Below are positions 1 to 9,858 of a DNA stretch of 28,068 bases, piece after piece. Location: contig JBFRWN010000096.1 in assembly GCA_051439605.1 (NCBI GenBank), positions 1 to 28,068 of the forward strand, given 5' to 3'. Below the pieces are notes generated by a model that saw only the letters and a list, made by a program, of their open reading frames with translations, had not been told where the DNA came from and made no database searches. Position 1 is the stretch's first letter; each line of letters starts with the position of its first letter. The position numbers were made by a program, and so were the translations under genes. This stretch comes from Synechococcus sp. (GTDB lineage: Bacteria > Cyanobacteriota > Cyanobacteriia > Thermostichales > PCC-7336).

Positions 1-235
1 GTACATACTGGAGCGATGGTGCAAGGCTTTTGGCCGATTATTTCAATTTCCCTTGCACTTGGCCACTGCTTTATGAGCTTGAAAGCCACCAATAGCAATA
101 GAACTAGACTTCAACAGCTGGCCCTACATAGCAGTAATGCATAGCAATCTGCTGGGGTCTACTCCCAAACCTCATTGGGGCTTATACATAAGAGGCCATC
201 TCTTAACACTCACAACTGAGGCCAAAGAAGCATTA

Positions 236-940
236 ATGCCCGAAACCATAGCCATCTTTTTTTGTGCCACACTACTCCGCGCGGTATTTGGCTTTGGGGA
301 TGCTCTGATTGCCATGCCCTTGCTGAGCATAACTCTGGGCCTCAGTACAGCTACGCCTCTCTTCGCCCTAATCGCCACCAGCTCGTCACTAACAATTTTC
401 GTCTCAACTTTCCGCCAGATTGACTTCAAAATCTCCCGCCAACTGGTGCTAGCCAGCATACTGGGCATCCCCTTCGGCCTCATCCTGATTAAATTTGTCC
501 CGGAAGCGATCGTCATGAGACTCTTAGGAGTTTTCTTGATAGTGTTTGCCTTCAATCGCCTCATCCAAAAGCAAGCCCCCCGCATCAAAAGCCGCTGGTG
601 GGGATACGGATTTGGGTTTATCGCAGGAGTGCTGGGCAGCGCCTTCAACACCAACGGGCCACCCATCGTCACCTACGCTGCCTTGCGCCAGTGGCCCCCC
701 GAGTCATTCCGGTCGAACCTGCAGGGGTACTTCTTCCCCATTGGTCTCCTGATTGTTGCCAGTCATGGCATATCGGGGTTGTGGACCGTTCAAGTTGGCC
801 AGCTCTATCTGGTTTGCTTACCGGCAGTGTTGATGGCGATCGCGATCGGCAGCAAAATTCATCAAGCTCTCTCCCCCAAAAAGTTTGAAACCCTGCTGTC
901 TCTTCTCCTGGTTATCCTCGGGATTGTTCTGATGGTTTAG
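236..940 (+). CDS. TauE/SafE family membrane protein (sulfite exporter-like)
   Basis: Hydrophobic throughout with repeated TauE-type motifs (FGFGDALIAMPLL; GFIAGVLGSAFNTNGPP). ATG at 236 preferred over 137 because the first 33 aa do not look like the family. Confidence 0.85.
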   Translation: MPETIAIFFCATLLRAVFGFGDALIAMPLLSITLGLSTATPLFALIATSSSLTIFVSTFRQIDFKISRQLVLASILGIPFGLILIKFVPEAIVMRLLGVFLIVFAFNRLIQKQAPRIKSRWWGYGFGFIAGVLGSAFNTNGPPIVTYAALRQWPPESFRSNLQGYFFPIGLLIVASHGISGLWTVQVGQLYLVCLPAVLMAIAIGSKIHQALSPKKFETLLSLLLVILGIVLMV

Positions 941-1172
941 TGGCGATCGAACAGATGCAAGCAAATAAGGGTATTCGTTATTGTGCGACAAATACGGTAT
1001 GGCGATCGCCCGAACGAACCGTACATGTCGTTAGATCTACGCATAAATATTTTGAATCGCACCAAATACTAACGTGATAGCTAACCTGCACAATTGGTAG
1101 TCCCCATCACAAAGCCTTCAAAAGAATCCCGATTGAATTAGCACAACTCTATCGGCTTTGAGAGACGAATTC

Positions 1173-2639
1173 ATGACTGCTACTAGTTGCTCGAAGTGGA
1201 CACAGGGGCTTGCAGCATCGGTACTGATATTTGGTGCTTCAGCCCTCAGTGTTGATGCAGAAACCATCCGAATTTCGATCGGTACGCAAGACCAAGTGAT
1301 TAACACTGCCGTGGGTGGTGCCACCGTCCGTGAATTAGAGCTACTTGAAAAGTACTTACCCACCACAGGCGAATACGAAGGGGTCGAATACGATATTCAG
1401 TGGTCCAGCTACACATCCGGCCCTCCCATCACTAACAAAATGCTGGCCGACCAAATCGACATTGGCTTGATGGGCGATTTCCCAGCTGTCATTAATATGA
1501 TCACGTTCCGGGAGGAAAGCGACGTCGAAACAACCTACATCGGTACGCTGGCCTACAGTCCCAACGGTGCCGGAAATGCTGTTGTTGTCCCCAGAACCAG
1601 TGACGTTAGCACTCTAGAAGACTTACGCGGTGGAGTCGTCTCCGTTCCGTTTGGTTCTGCGGCTCACGGCATGGTGTTGAAGGCCCTGCAAGATGCGGGG
1701 ATCGATCCAGAGAACGATCTCAGACTGATTAGCCAGGCCCCCGAAGTCGGAGGCACCAGCCTGCGCACCGGTCAAATTGACGCTCACGCAGACTTCGTCC
1801 CGTTCGGCGAACTGTTTCCCTTCCGAGGGTTTGCCCGCAAGATTTTTGACGGCGCACAAACCGGAGTGCCCACTCTGCACGGCATTGTCGTTCGAGATGA
1901 TTTCGCGGAAGAACACCCCGAAATCGTGGTGGCATTCATGAAAGCAATGTTGGAGGCTAACCAGACGTTCCGAGACACCCCCGAGGATATTTCGGCTCAA
2001 ATTGAAGAGTGGTCGGGCATTGATAAAGAAGTGGTCTACATGTTCTTAGGCCCCTCGGGATTGCAACCTCTCGATCCCACCATTCGCCCCGTTCACCTAG
2101 AAGCTTTGCAAAACAGCATTGCCACTCTAATTTCTCTCGGAAAAGTCGATGAAGCGATTAACCCGGAAGATGTCGACGGTTGGGTGGATGAAAGCTTCTT
2201 GCAAACGGCAATGGATGAAATGGGCCTTGAATATGATGCCGTAGTCGAAGCCGGCGCTACCTACCAGATTGAAGGCAGCGATGCGTTAACAGACGAACCG
2301 ATTACCGATCCCACATTGGCAGCCCAATTTTGGGTACAGGGGGAGGACACGGTCACGAACTTTGCCTCGATTGAGAACATGGTTGGTGGCTTGGAGCAAT
2401 TGCTGGACGAGGGCAAAGCGGCTGACGTGATGTTCGTACACGATCGCGACAACGGCTGGAAGCTGTTTGCCGAAAATTCCTACTACGTCAAAGATGGCGA
2501 TGAAATTTCTGCGTTTCTTTTAAAGGATGCTGCAGAAGCTTACGCGGTCTCCTCCGGAGGGGAAGTGACTAATTTTGGAGAGCTGCAAGAAGCTTTGGCG
2601 GCAGGCAGCGAAGTTGCCAACAGCGACGTTTCTAACTAA
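1173..2639 (+). CDS. ABC transporter substrate-binding protein, NMT1/SsuA/TauA-like (AsfC-like), with C-terminal extension
   Basis: Signal peptide (…LIFGASALSVDA|ETIRISIGTQ), SGPPITNKMLADQIDIGLMGDFP, VSVPFGSAAHGM, HGIVVRDDFAEEHPEIV. Upstream of the permease and ATPase. Start at ATG 1173 rather than TTG 1158. Confidence 0.9.
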   Translation: MTATSCSKWTQGLAASVLIFGASALSVDAETIRISIGTQDQVINTAVGGATVRELELLEKYLPTTGEYEGVEYDIQWSSYTSGPPITNKMLADQIDIGLMGDFPAVINMITFREESDVETTYIGTLAYSPNGAGNAVVVPRTSDVSTLEDLRGGVVSVPFGSAAHGMVLKALQDAGIDPENDLRLISQAPEVGGTSLRTGQIDAHADFVPFGELFPFRGFARKIFDGAQTGVPTLHGIVVRDDFAEEHPEIVVAFMKAMLEANQTFRDTPEDISAQIEEWSGIDKEVVYMFLGPSGLQPLDPTIRPVHLEALQNSIATLISLGKVDEAINPEDVDGWVDESFLQTAMDEMGLEYDAVVEAGATYQIEGSDALTDEPITDPTLAAQFWVQGEDTVTNFASIENMVGGLEQLLDEGKAADVMFVHDRDNGWKLFAENSYYVKDGDEISAFLLKDAAEAYAVSSGGEVTNFGELQEALAAGSEVANSDVSN

Positions 2640-2764
2640 AGGACTGCTGACGTAGTCGGCAACACTCTTTTGTTTGACATATCTGGCTACTTTACTAGAG
2701 TCAATTGTTTGCATCACAGTTGACTCTAGAGCTTATTTCCTAGACAGAATACTCGGATGAAACC

Positions 2765-3625
2765 ATGGCATATACCAAAACTCCTCCTGCCACGGCAGAG
2801 CTTCTAGAAAATATGCATCAGGGGATGGTCAGTCTGAGGTTGAATTTGTCCCACAATACAGCTGCGAGGAAAACCCTGTCCTTGTGCCTGTTCTTTGGAA
2901 TTTGGCAGTTGCTATGCATCATTAATTTCAAGTTCTTAATCAATTTTCAGTTTGTTCCATCTCCAACAGAGGTGGTGGCCGCAACATTTGAATTTATGGG
3001 GTCGAATCCTTTTGTTCACTTCAGATCCAGTATTTCGAGAGTCCTGATTGGGTTTGCGATCGCCTCTGTCTTGGCCGTGTCTTTAGGAATTCTGATTGGC
3101 ACGTTCCAGAAGGTGGAAGATTTACTGATGCCTGCCTTAGAAATTCTGCGTCCGATTCCTGCCGTAGCCTGGATTCCACTGGCTATTCTGATGTTTCCGT
3201 CCGCCGAATCTGGCATGATCTACATCACATTTATTGGTGGCTTTTTCCCGATTTTAATCAGCACGATTCGGGGGGTAGAAAGTATGTTGAGCGATACCGT
3301 GCTTCTGCGCGTGGGGCAATGCCTGGGGGCCAAGCCTTGGGATATTTTCAAAGACATTGTTGTACCCGGTGCGCTTCCCAACATTGCCAGCGGACTAGCC
3401 ATCGGGATGGGGAATGCCTGGTTTTGCTTGGTGACGGCCGAGATTTTGGCCGGTCGCTACGGCATTGGATACATCACCTGGGAATCGTATGTGACCTCCA
3501 ATTTCCCACCAATTGTGATGGGAATGTTGTTGATTGGCATTATGGGAGCCTTTAGTTCCTGGGCAATCGATCGGGTGATGTCAGGGTTGATGCCTTGGAG
3601 GCGGTTTGAGAAGAAAGGGGTTTAG
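2765..3625 (+). CDS. ABC transporter permease (SsuC/TauC/NrtB-like)
   Basis: LEILRPIPAVAWIPLAILMF, an EAA-like loop (RVGQCLGAKPWDIFKDIVVPGALP) and AWFCLVTAE. Confidence 0.93.
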   Translation: MAYTKTPPATAELLENMHQGMVSLRLNLSHNTAARKTLSLCLFFGIWQLLCIINFKFLINFQFVPSPTEVVAATFEFMGSNPFVHFRSSISRVLIGFAIASVLAVSLGILIGTFQKVEDLLMPALEILRPIPAVAWIPLAILMFPSAESGMIYITFIGGFFPILISTIRGVESMLSDTVLLRVGQCLGAKPWDIFKDIVVPGALPNIASGLAIGMGNAWFCLVTAEILAGRYGIGYITWESYVTSNFPPIVMGMLLIGIMGAFSSWAIDRVMSGLMPWRRFEKKGV

Positions 3626-3690
3626 GGGAGTTCAATCAAGTGTCCGGTCCACCTCTGATGGTTTGAGTTGATTGTGAGTGAGATAGCGGT

Positions 3691-4533
3691 ATGAATACTT
3701 CGAGCAGACCCAGTAGCCTTTCTCCGTTACCGTCGATTCCGAGCAAGGGGTTTGTTGAGATTAACGACCTGTCAATTTCGTTTCACAGTAAAGACAGAGT
3801 TCACGAGGTATTGAAGTCCGTTCATTTTCGGGTGAGTCCTGGGGAATTTGTCTGTTTGCTGGGGCCTTCGGGGTGCGGAAAATCGACATTGCTGAATGCG
3901 ATTGCCGGATTTGTTTCCCCCAGCCAGGGATCTGTTTCTGTGGATGGCAAACGTGTGATTCGTCCGGGAGCCGATCGCGGGTTTGTGTTTCAGCAATATT
4001 CGCTGCTGCCTTGGAAAACCACCTTTCAAAATGTCGAGATGGGATTGAAATACCAGCAAATGCCCAAGGGTGAGAGAACGGAGCTGGTCGATCGCTATCT
4101 TAACCGTGTTGGGTTGTACAAACACCGGAACTCCTATCCCCATCAACTGTCGGGGGGGATGCAACAGCGAGCCAGTATTATTCGGGCATTAGTGAATTCT
4201 CCTGCGGTTTTGTTGATGGACGAACCCTTTGCAGCTCTAGATGCTCAGACTCGGCACATGATGCAAGAGCTATTGTTGGATATCTGGGATGAGTACAAAA
4301 CGACCATTGTGTTTGTGACACACGATATTGAGGAGGCTGTATTCTTAGGCGATCGCATACTCGTGATGGGTGTTAATCCCGGCCGAATTAAGGAACAGAT
4401 CGATATTCCTCTTAACCGTCCCCGTCATATCGACGATATGCTGACTGCAGAATTCACGCGATTGAATCGTCAGGTGTTTGAAATCATTCGCGAAGAGACT
4501 CTCAAAAGTATGCAGATTGAGTCGGAGATCTGA
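3691..4533 (+). CDS. ABC transporter ATP-binding protein (SsuB/TauB/NrtD-like)
   Basis: Walker A GPSGCGKST, Q-loop VFQQYSLLPW, signature LSGGMQQR, Walker B LLMDEPF, VTHD switch. Confidence 0.96.
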   Translation: MNTSSRPSSLSPLPSIPSKGFVEINDLSISFHSKDRVHEVLKSVHFRVSPGEFVCLLGPSGCGKSTLLNAIAGFVSPSQGSVSVDGKRVIRPGADRGFVFQQYSLLPWKTTFQNVEMGLKYQQMPKGERTELVDRYLNRVGLYKHRNSYPHQLSGGMQQRASIIRALVNSPAVLLMDEPFAALDAQTRHMMQELLLDIWDEYKTTIVFVTHDIEEAVFLGDRILVMGVNPGRIKEQIDIPLNRPRHIDDMLTAEFTRLNRQVFEIIREETLKSMQIESEI

Positions 4534-4574
4534 TTTGTTGTGCTGCAGGCCTAATTTTGTTAAGCAGGGTCTGT

Positions 4575-6599
4575 TTAATTTCTCATAGCGGTTGCCATGA
4601 AGTCCTCGTCAACCCAGCGGCTGAGGTGGAGATCGGAAAATTCGCGATCGTTGGCCGCTAATTGATAGTGGCTAATGTGGTCGAGAATCCAATCTTCCCG
4701 AATTTGAGTATCGGGGAAATACAGTCCCTGAGAATCTTGAGTGGGGCAAGTGCCGATAATGCTGTCGATGATGTGGGGAGAGTTTTGAGTCCATTGGCTT
4801 AACTTTTGACTGGCGCTAGGAACTGTGGATTGCCAATGCTGGGCTGCCTTCAATCCTTTGAGATAGCTCACCACTAAGTCAGGATGTTCTCGAGCGAATC
4901 CTTTACGAGCGACCACACCATAGAATGCAGGCAAGCCGCCCACATTGCCATCAAACAGGTAGCGAAACTTGTTGCGTTCCAGCGCGAGTTCGTGAAATGG
5001 AGAGAAATAGGCGTATCCGGCGATCGAGCGATCGGCTCGTCTCATTTCCAGACTGTTTGATACTGGAAGTAACTCAACTTCAGAAAGCAATCCATGTTGA
5101 TGCAGAACGCGCAGTACCATGCCATGGGCGGTCGATCCATCAGGGATGGCTAGAACCTGCCCGCACAGATCTTCGATCTCGTTAAGATTGGAATGCTGTG
5201 GGACGATCACGGCGTTGCGACAGCCATCGGGATTGATCGCTACAAAGCCAATTAATATGGTTGAATCATCCTCGGCTGCAATCTTCTCTCCATTTGCTAT
5301 TTGCTCGTTCCTGAGGGCGCTTAACAGCATTGGGTAATCCCCCAAAATCCCGAGATCCAACTGGCGAGAATGCAAACCGTTCACGATTGGCATGCCTGTG
5401 TCAAAATCTTGCCACTGAATACTGTATTGGCTAGAAGCATACCTCCCAGATTTGGGCAGATAATGCTTGAAAAGACCCAGCTTCTGCATGATGATGCCTC
5501 CAGAAGCTGCAGGCAATGTTCGATTTTGAATGCCAATACGGATCTGCAATGATTCGGTTTTTTCAACGGTACGAAGAGAGGTTGTATAAGCCGGTGGCTC
5601 CATGGTGAGTGCTGGGAGTTTGTTTGCGGATAGTGTCGAGTCAACTCCTCGATTGTCGACCGACAGCACCTCCAGAAACTTCAGCATTTTCTGGGTGGGG
5701 CTTTCGATACCCCCACGCATACCTATTGCCTGCTCTTTTTCTTTGAGATCGTAGAACTTTTTTGAGGACAGGGCGATAAAAATTGATGATGGCAGCGTAA
5801 ATTCATGAATGGGGAGTGAAATTAGCTGTGCAGATTTCACCTCTGCCTGAAAACTCAACTTAGATGAAAAACCGAGATATCCACCTGACAAGATATAGGT
5901 TCTCATCAGATTCTCTGTCTCGACTATTTCTACTTTGGCTAGATCGTCAGTTCCTAACCCAATATCCGAGAGTCGCGATTCAAAAATAGACCGAGCAATC
6001 ACATCTTGGCGATTTAGGACCCAAGGTTCGCCGATGGTTTCATTCAGACTAATACAATTGCGGATTGACCAAGGGCTACGAGGCCCACAAATGGCACTGT
6101 ACTCGGTCGAAGAAATTGCTTCACAATGCACTTCAGCTGTATCTGCAAAACTAATTTCCGAAATCGCAAAATCTACTTCTGATGCAGTAATCGCATGATA
6201 AATATCTTGACTTGAACTGAGGATTTTGAGATGAAGATTGATTTCTGGGTTCTGCTCCCTAAAATTAAAAATGATATCGGAAATGAAGCCAGATGAAATA
6301 GCGGTAGAACAGGCAATATATAGCTCTCCTCTGCATCCATTTTTGTAGTCTTCCAGTTTCTGATGCAATACAGATTCTTGCTCGACTAAATCGCTGGCTC
6401 CCTCCAATAAAAAGTGCCCAATTTCAGTCAGCTGGACTTTCCGACCTAGACGGTGAAATAAAGGGGAACCAATGTCTGACTCAAGAGATTTGATTTTTGC
6501 ACTAACTGCAGGTTGGGTCAAATTGAGAGAATGTGCTGCCTCAGTAAAGCTCAGATATCGTGCCACTTGTAAAAAGACTTTTAGCTGGTAGATTTCCAT
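4575..6599 (-). CDS. LysR-family regulator fused to a C-terminal NMT1/SsuA-like substrate-binding domain
   Basis: N-terminal LysR HTH (MEIYQLKVFLQVARYLSFTEAAHSLNLTQPAVSAKIKSLE…LFHRLGRKVQLTEIG), ~300-aa LysR body, then ~325 aa that align by eye to the SBP at 1173. ATG 6599 preferred over TTG 6668. Confidence 0.9.
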   Translation of the reverse strand: MEIYQLKVFLQVARYLSFTEAAHSLNLTQPAVSAKIKSLESDIGSPLFHRLGRKVQLTEIGHFLLEGASDLVEQESVLHQKLEDYKNGCRGELYIACSTAISSGFISDIIFNFREQNPEINLHLKILSSSQDIYHAITASEVDFAISEISFADTAEVHCEAISSTEYSAICGPRSPWSIRNCISLNETIGEPWVLNRQDVIARSIFESRLSDIGLGTDDLAKVEIVETENLMRTYILSGGYLGFSSKLSFQAEVKSAQLISLPIHEFTLPSSIFIALSSKKFYDLKEKEQAIGMRGGIESPTQKMLKFLEVLSVDNRGVDSTLSANKLPALTMEPPAYTTSLRTVEKTESLQIRIGIQNRTLPAASGGIIMQKLGLFKHYLPKSGRYASSQYSIQWQDFDTGMPIVNGLHSRQLDLGILGDYPMLLSALRNEQIANGEKIAAEDDSTILIGFVAINPDGCRNAVIVPQHSNLNEIEDLCGQVLAIPDGSTAHGMVLRVLHQHGLLSEVELLPVSNSLEMRRADRSIAGYAYFSPFHELALERNKFRYLFDGNVGGLPAFYGVVARKGFAREHPDLVVSYLKGLKAAQHWQSTVPSASQKLSQWTQNSPHIIDSIIGTCPTQDSQGLYFPDTQIREDWILDHISHYQLAANDREFSDLHLSRWVDEDFMATAMRN

Positions 6600-6616
6600 C
6601 TTAGATATTCCTATAG

Positions 6617-6631
6617 ATAGAATTAGTTTAT
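6617..6631. promoter_or_regulatory. Candidate LysR box in the divergent promoter
   Basis: ATAG-AATTAGT-TTAT (T-N11-A with ATA/TAT dyad), 18 nt from the LysR start codon, where autoregulatory sites usually lie. The motif is short and the context AT-rich. Confidence 0.35.
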
Positions 6632-6822
6632 GGATGTATTCCAAGTTGCGATAAGATCGCCGTTCCAATATCTAATGGGCCAGTCTAAACTAAAGGTCAT
6701 CAAAGATTAAAGTACTTTGGTTCAAACTAAATCAGAGGGCGATTGGCACGGTACGTAAGTAATGTGTCTTGAGAAACATTTGTTTGACCCGTTATAGCCC
6801 CTTTTCTCTAGGAGAAATGTTT

Positions 6823-8532
6823 ATGGTGAGCACCCAGAGGCTGCAGACTGACGTTCTTGTTGTCGGAGGTGGAACAGCGGGAACCATGGCTGCTATTAAA
6901 GCCAAGCAGGCAAATCCTGAAGCTGATGTTCTGGTTCTTGAGAAGGCGAACATCCGTCGGAGTGGTGCGATCGCCATGGGCATGGATGGGGTGAATACAG
7001 CGGTCATTCCCGGTAACTCCACCCCAGAACAATACGTTCGTGAAATCACCATCGCTAATGACGGCATCCTCAATCAAGAGGTGGTGTATCAGACGGGGAA
7101 GCTAGGCTACGAAGTTATTCAGGAGCTGGACAGTTGGGGGGTGAAGTTTCAGAAAGATGCCTACGGTAACTACGACCTCAAGCAAGTGCATCGGGTGGGT
7201 AAGTACGTTTTGCCGATGCCGGAAGGGAAAGATCTCAAGAAGATTCTGACCCGCGAGGTGAAACGCCATAAAGCGAAGGTCATTAACCGCGTTATGGCCA
7301 CCCGCGTCATCGTCCAAGATGGCCGTGCCGTTGGGGTGACGGGATTTGACGTTCGCAATGGCGATTTTGTCATTATTCAAGCCAAGGCAGTCATTCTATC
7401 TACAGGAGCCTGCGGTCGCTTGGGCTTGCCCCAGTCCGGATACTTGTACGGCACTTACGAGAACCCCACGAATGCTGGGGATGGCTATGCGATGGCCTAT
7501 CACGCTGGGGCCGAACTGAGCAACATCGAATGCTTCCAAATCAACCCGCTGATTAAAGATTACAACGGCCCTGCCTGTGCCTATGTCGCCGGGCCATTTG
7601 GAGCCTACACCGCTAACGCTGAGGGAAATCGCTTCGTCAGTTGCGATTACTGGAGCGGTCAGATGATGCTAGAGATTTATAAAGAGCTGCACTCCGGTCG
7701 CGGCCCCATCAGTCTCAAGCTCAACCATCTGGATGAGGACACGATTTCCGAAATCGAACAAGTCTTGTGGGCCAACGAACGCCCCAGTCGCGAACGCTTT
7801 CACGAAGGTCGAGGGGAAAACTACCGCACCCACGGTGTAGAGATGGAAATTTCCGAAATTGGCCTCTGCAGCGGTCACAGTGCATCCGGTGTGAGAGTGG
7901 ATGCTAGGGCTGCCACCACTGTTCCGGGTCTGTACGCGGCAGGTGACATGGCCTCTGTGCCCCACAACTATATGATTGGTGCTTTTGTCTTCGGGCGCAT
8001 CGCCGGTACGAATGCCACTGACTATTGCCGGGATCTACCCCACATTGAGCCCGACCCCGATTTCATTTCCACCGAAATGGATCGCATTTACCGACCGTTA
8101 AATCAGCCGGATGGAGTGCCCCATACCCAGGTGGAATACAAGCTGCGCCGCTTCGTGAACGACTATCTGCAGCCTCCCAAAAACACCCACAAGATGGAGA
8201 TTGCTCTAGATAAATTTGTTAATTACCATTCCACCCTCGACTTGATGGGAGCCCGCGACCCCCACGAGTTAATGCGCTGTATGGAGGTCCATGCCATCCG
8301 CGACTGTGCGGAAATGGCTGCCCGTGCCTCTTTATTCAGGAAAGAAAGTCGCTGGGGGCTGTACCACTACCGAGTGGATTACCCCGAGAAAAATAACCAG
8401 GAATGGTTCTGCCACACCCACCTTAAGAAAGACGAGTCGGGCATGATGACCCTTTCCAAAGCCCCCATCGAACCCTATGTGGTGGATGTGGATCTGGAAA
8501 GCGAAACCTACGACGTTGCCATCAAAGCCTGA
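6823..8532 (+). CDS. FAD flavoprotein of the APS reductase alpha/SdhA superfamily (AprA/AsfA-like)
   Basis: DVLVVGGGTAG Rossmann motif, RRSGAIAMG, AKAVILSTG, NAGDGYAMAYHAGAEL, TTVPGLYAAGD, RKESRWGLYHYRVDYP. AGGAGA RBS ahead of ATG 6823. Followed by a ferredoxin. Confidence 0.9.
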   Translation: MVSTQRLQTDVLVVGGGTAGTMAAIKAKQANPEADVLVLEKANIRRSGAIAMGMDGVNTAVIPGNSTPEQYVREITIANDGILNQEVVYQTGKLGYEVIQELDSWGVKFQKDAYGNYDLKQVHRVGKYVLPMPEGKDLKKILTREVKRHKAKVINRVMATRVIVQDGRAVGVTGFDVRNGDFVIIQAKAVILSTGACGRLGLPQSGYLYGTYENPTNAGDGYAMAYHAGAELSNIECFQINPLIKDYNGPACAYVAGPFGAYTANAEGNRFVSCDYWSGQMMLEIYKELHSGRGPISLKLNHLDEDTISEIEQVLWANERPSRERFHEGRGENYRTHGVEMEISEIGLCSGHSASGVRVDARAATTVPGLYAAGDMASVPHNYMIGAFVFGRIAGTNATDYCRDLPHIEPDPDFISTEMDRIYRPLNQPDGVPHTQVEYKLRRFVNDYLQPPKNTHKMEIALDKFVNYHSTLDLMGARDPHELMRCMEVHAIRDCAEMAARASLFRKESRWGLYHYRVDYPEKNNQEWFCHTHLKKDESGMMTLSKAPIEPYVVDVDLESETYDVAIKA

Positions 8533-8610
8533 TGGACCTCACCCTTGACAGGGGACGATCGCTCGATCTCCCTCAGAACCTAGATCGCCCAAACAGGAGA
8601 ACGAACAAGC

Positions 8611-8838
8611 ATGGCTCTAACCTCTCAACGTGTTGATGTCCCCGTGATTGTGGATGAATCGAAATGCTTGGAGAAATGTACTGCTTGCATCGAGGTGTGT
8701 CCGCTGGACGTATTAGTGAAAAATCCCGAAACCGGCAAAGCCTATATGAAATATGACGAATGTTGGTTTTGCTTGCCTTGTGAGAAGGAATGTCCGGTAG
8801 ATGCAATTACGGTGCAGATTCCGTTTTTGTTGAGATGA
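8611..8838 (+). CDS. 2x[4Fe-4S] ferredoxin (short AprB/AsfB-like)
   Basis: CLEKCTACIEVCP and CWFCLPCEKECP cluster motifs, with AGGAGA RBS upstream. Confidence 0.93.
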   Translation: MALTSQRVDVPVIVDESKCLEKCTACIEVCPLDVLVKNPETGKAYMKYDECWFCLPCEKECPVDAITVQIPFLLR

Positions 8839-8895
8839 GGGGGAAGTCATTGGTTATTTGCGATGGATCGCTAGATTTGGAGGACAAATCCGGAT

Positions 8896-9858
8896 ATGGA
8901 TAACGAACTGCAGCAATGGGTTGAGATGTTGCAATCGACAGATGTGGGCGATCGCCTAGTGGCGGTGAAGATGCTGCAGCATTTGGGGGATGAGGATGCG
9001 GTTGAGCCGTTGATTGCTGCTCTCCCCGATGAGAATGCAGGAGTCCAGAAGCTGGCGATTACCACGCTCTGGGAGATGGCGAACCATCAGGCGGTGCGTC
9101 CGTTGATTCCCTGTTTGAGGTCCCCCAATGAAGAGGTGCGAACAGAGGCATTGGGAGCCCTCAAAGAATTGGTGATTCCCGATGATTTGCTGCTGCTGTT
9201 GGATGCCCTTCAGCAAGAGGATTTCCACATGCAGCTGAATATCATCATTTTGTTACGCAAGATCCACGACGTGCAGGCATTGCCCTACATCCTGCCGTTT
9301 TTTGAGTCCGAGCGAGAGGAGTTGCGGGAAGCAGCGGTGACGACATTGCGGTATCTCAATCAGGTAAACAGCTGTGCCCCTGCCCTTGCCCTGATCGAGG
9401 ACCCGTCGCCAGTCGTGCGGCGCGAGGCGGCATTGACGATTGGGTATTTGGAGGATGAAGCGGTCGTTGGGCTGCTCAACCAAGCGTTAGAGGATGAAGA
9501 TTGGCAGGTGAGGCGAAATGCGGCCCAATCGATCGCCATCCTGAAACCTACGGCTTCTATTGCGGCCTTGGGTGCCGCCATGCAGGACGACCACTGGCAG
9601 GTGCGCAAGTTTGTCGCTCGAGCATTACAGCAGGTACCGGATGACAGCGTCATTCCAGTGTTGGTTAACGCCTTGGCGGATGAATATTCGGATGTGCGTC
9701 GGGATGCAGCGATCGCCCTCGGCAATGTTGGCAATCCATCGGTGTTGAATTCCCTGCAGCAAACCCTCGACGATCCCGATGCGGATGTGCGGATCTTTTC
9801 CCAGCGGGCGATTGACAAAATTGAAGGGGCTCAGGCGGCGGAGGTGTCCAATGGTTAG
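8896..9858 (+). CDS. HEAT/PBS-lyase-like repeat protein
   Basis: Repeated LxDxxxxVRxxAAxAL units (DPSPVVRREAA, DEDWQVRRNAA, DDHWQVRKFVA, DEYSDVRRDAA). Confidence 0.92.
   Translation: MDNELQQWVEMLQSTDVGDRLVAVKMLQHLGDEDAVEPLIAALPDENAGVQKLAITTLWEMANHQAVRPLIPCLRSPNEEVRTEALGALKELVIPDDLLLLLDALQQEDFHMQLNIIILLRKIHDVQALPYILPFFESEREELREAAVTTLRYLNQVNSCAPALALIEDPSPVVRREAALTIGYLEDEAVVGLLNQALEDEDWQVRRNAAQSIAILKPTASIAALGAAMQDDHWQVRKFVARALQQVPDDSVIPVLVNALADEYSDVRRDAAIALGNVGNPSVLNSLQQTLDDPDADVRIFSQRAIDKIEGAQAAEVSNG

Noticed and set aside
3..95. C-terminus of an upstream gene (…TYWSDGARLLADYFNFPCTWPLLYELESHQ*)
   Set aside because: Plausible, but only 30 codons at the window edge, and other frames are also open.
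6709..6718. Palindrome AAAGTACTTT in the divergent promoter
   Set aside because: Only 10 bp in AT-rich DNA, with no second copy found upstream of other cluster genes.
6823..8838. Succinate dehydrogenase/fumarate reductase or dissimilatory aprAB
   Set aside because: No SdhB-type 2Fe-2S subunit or membrane anchor, no sat/qmo genes, and the ferredoxin lacks the AprB C-terminal tail.
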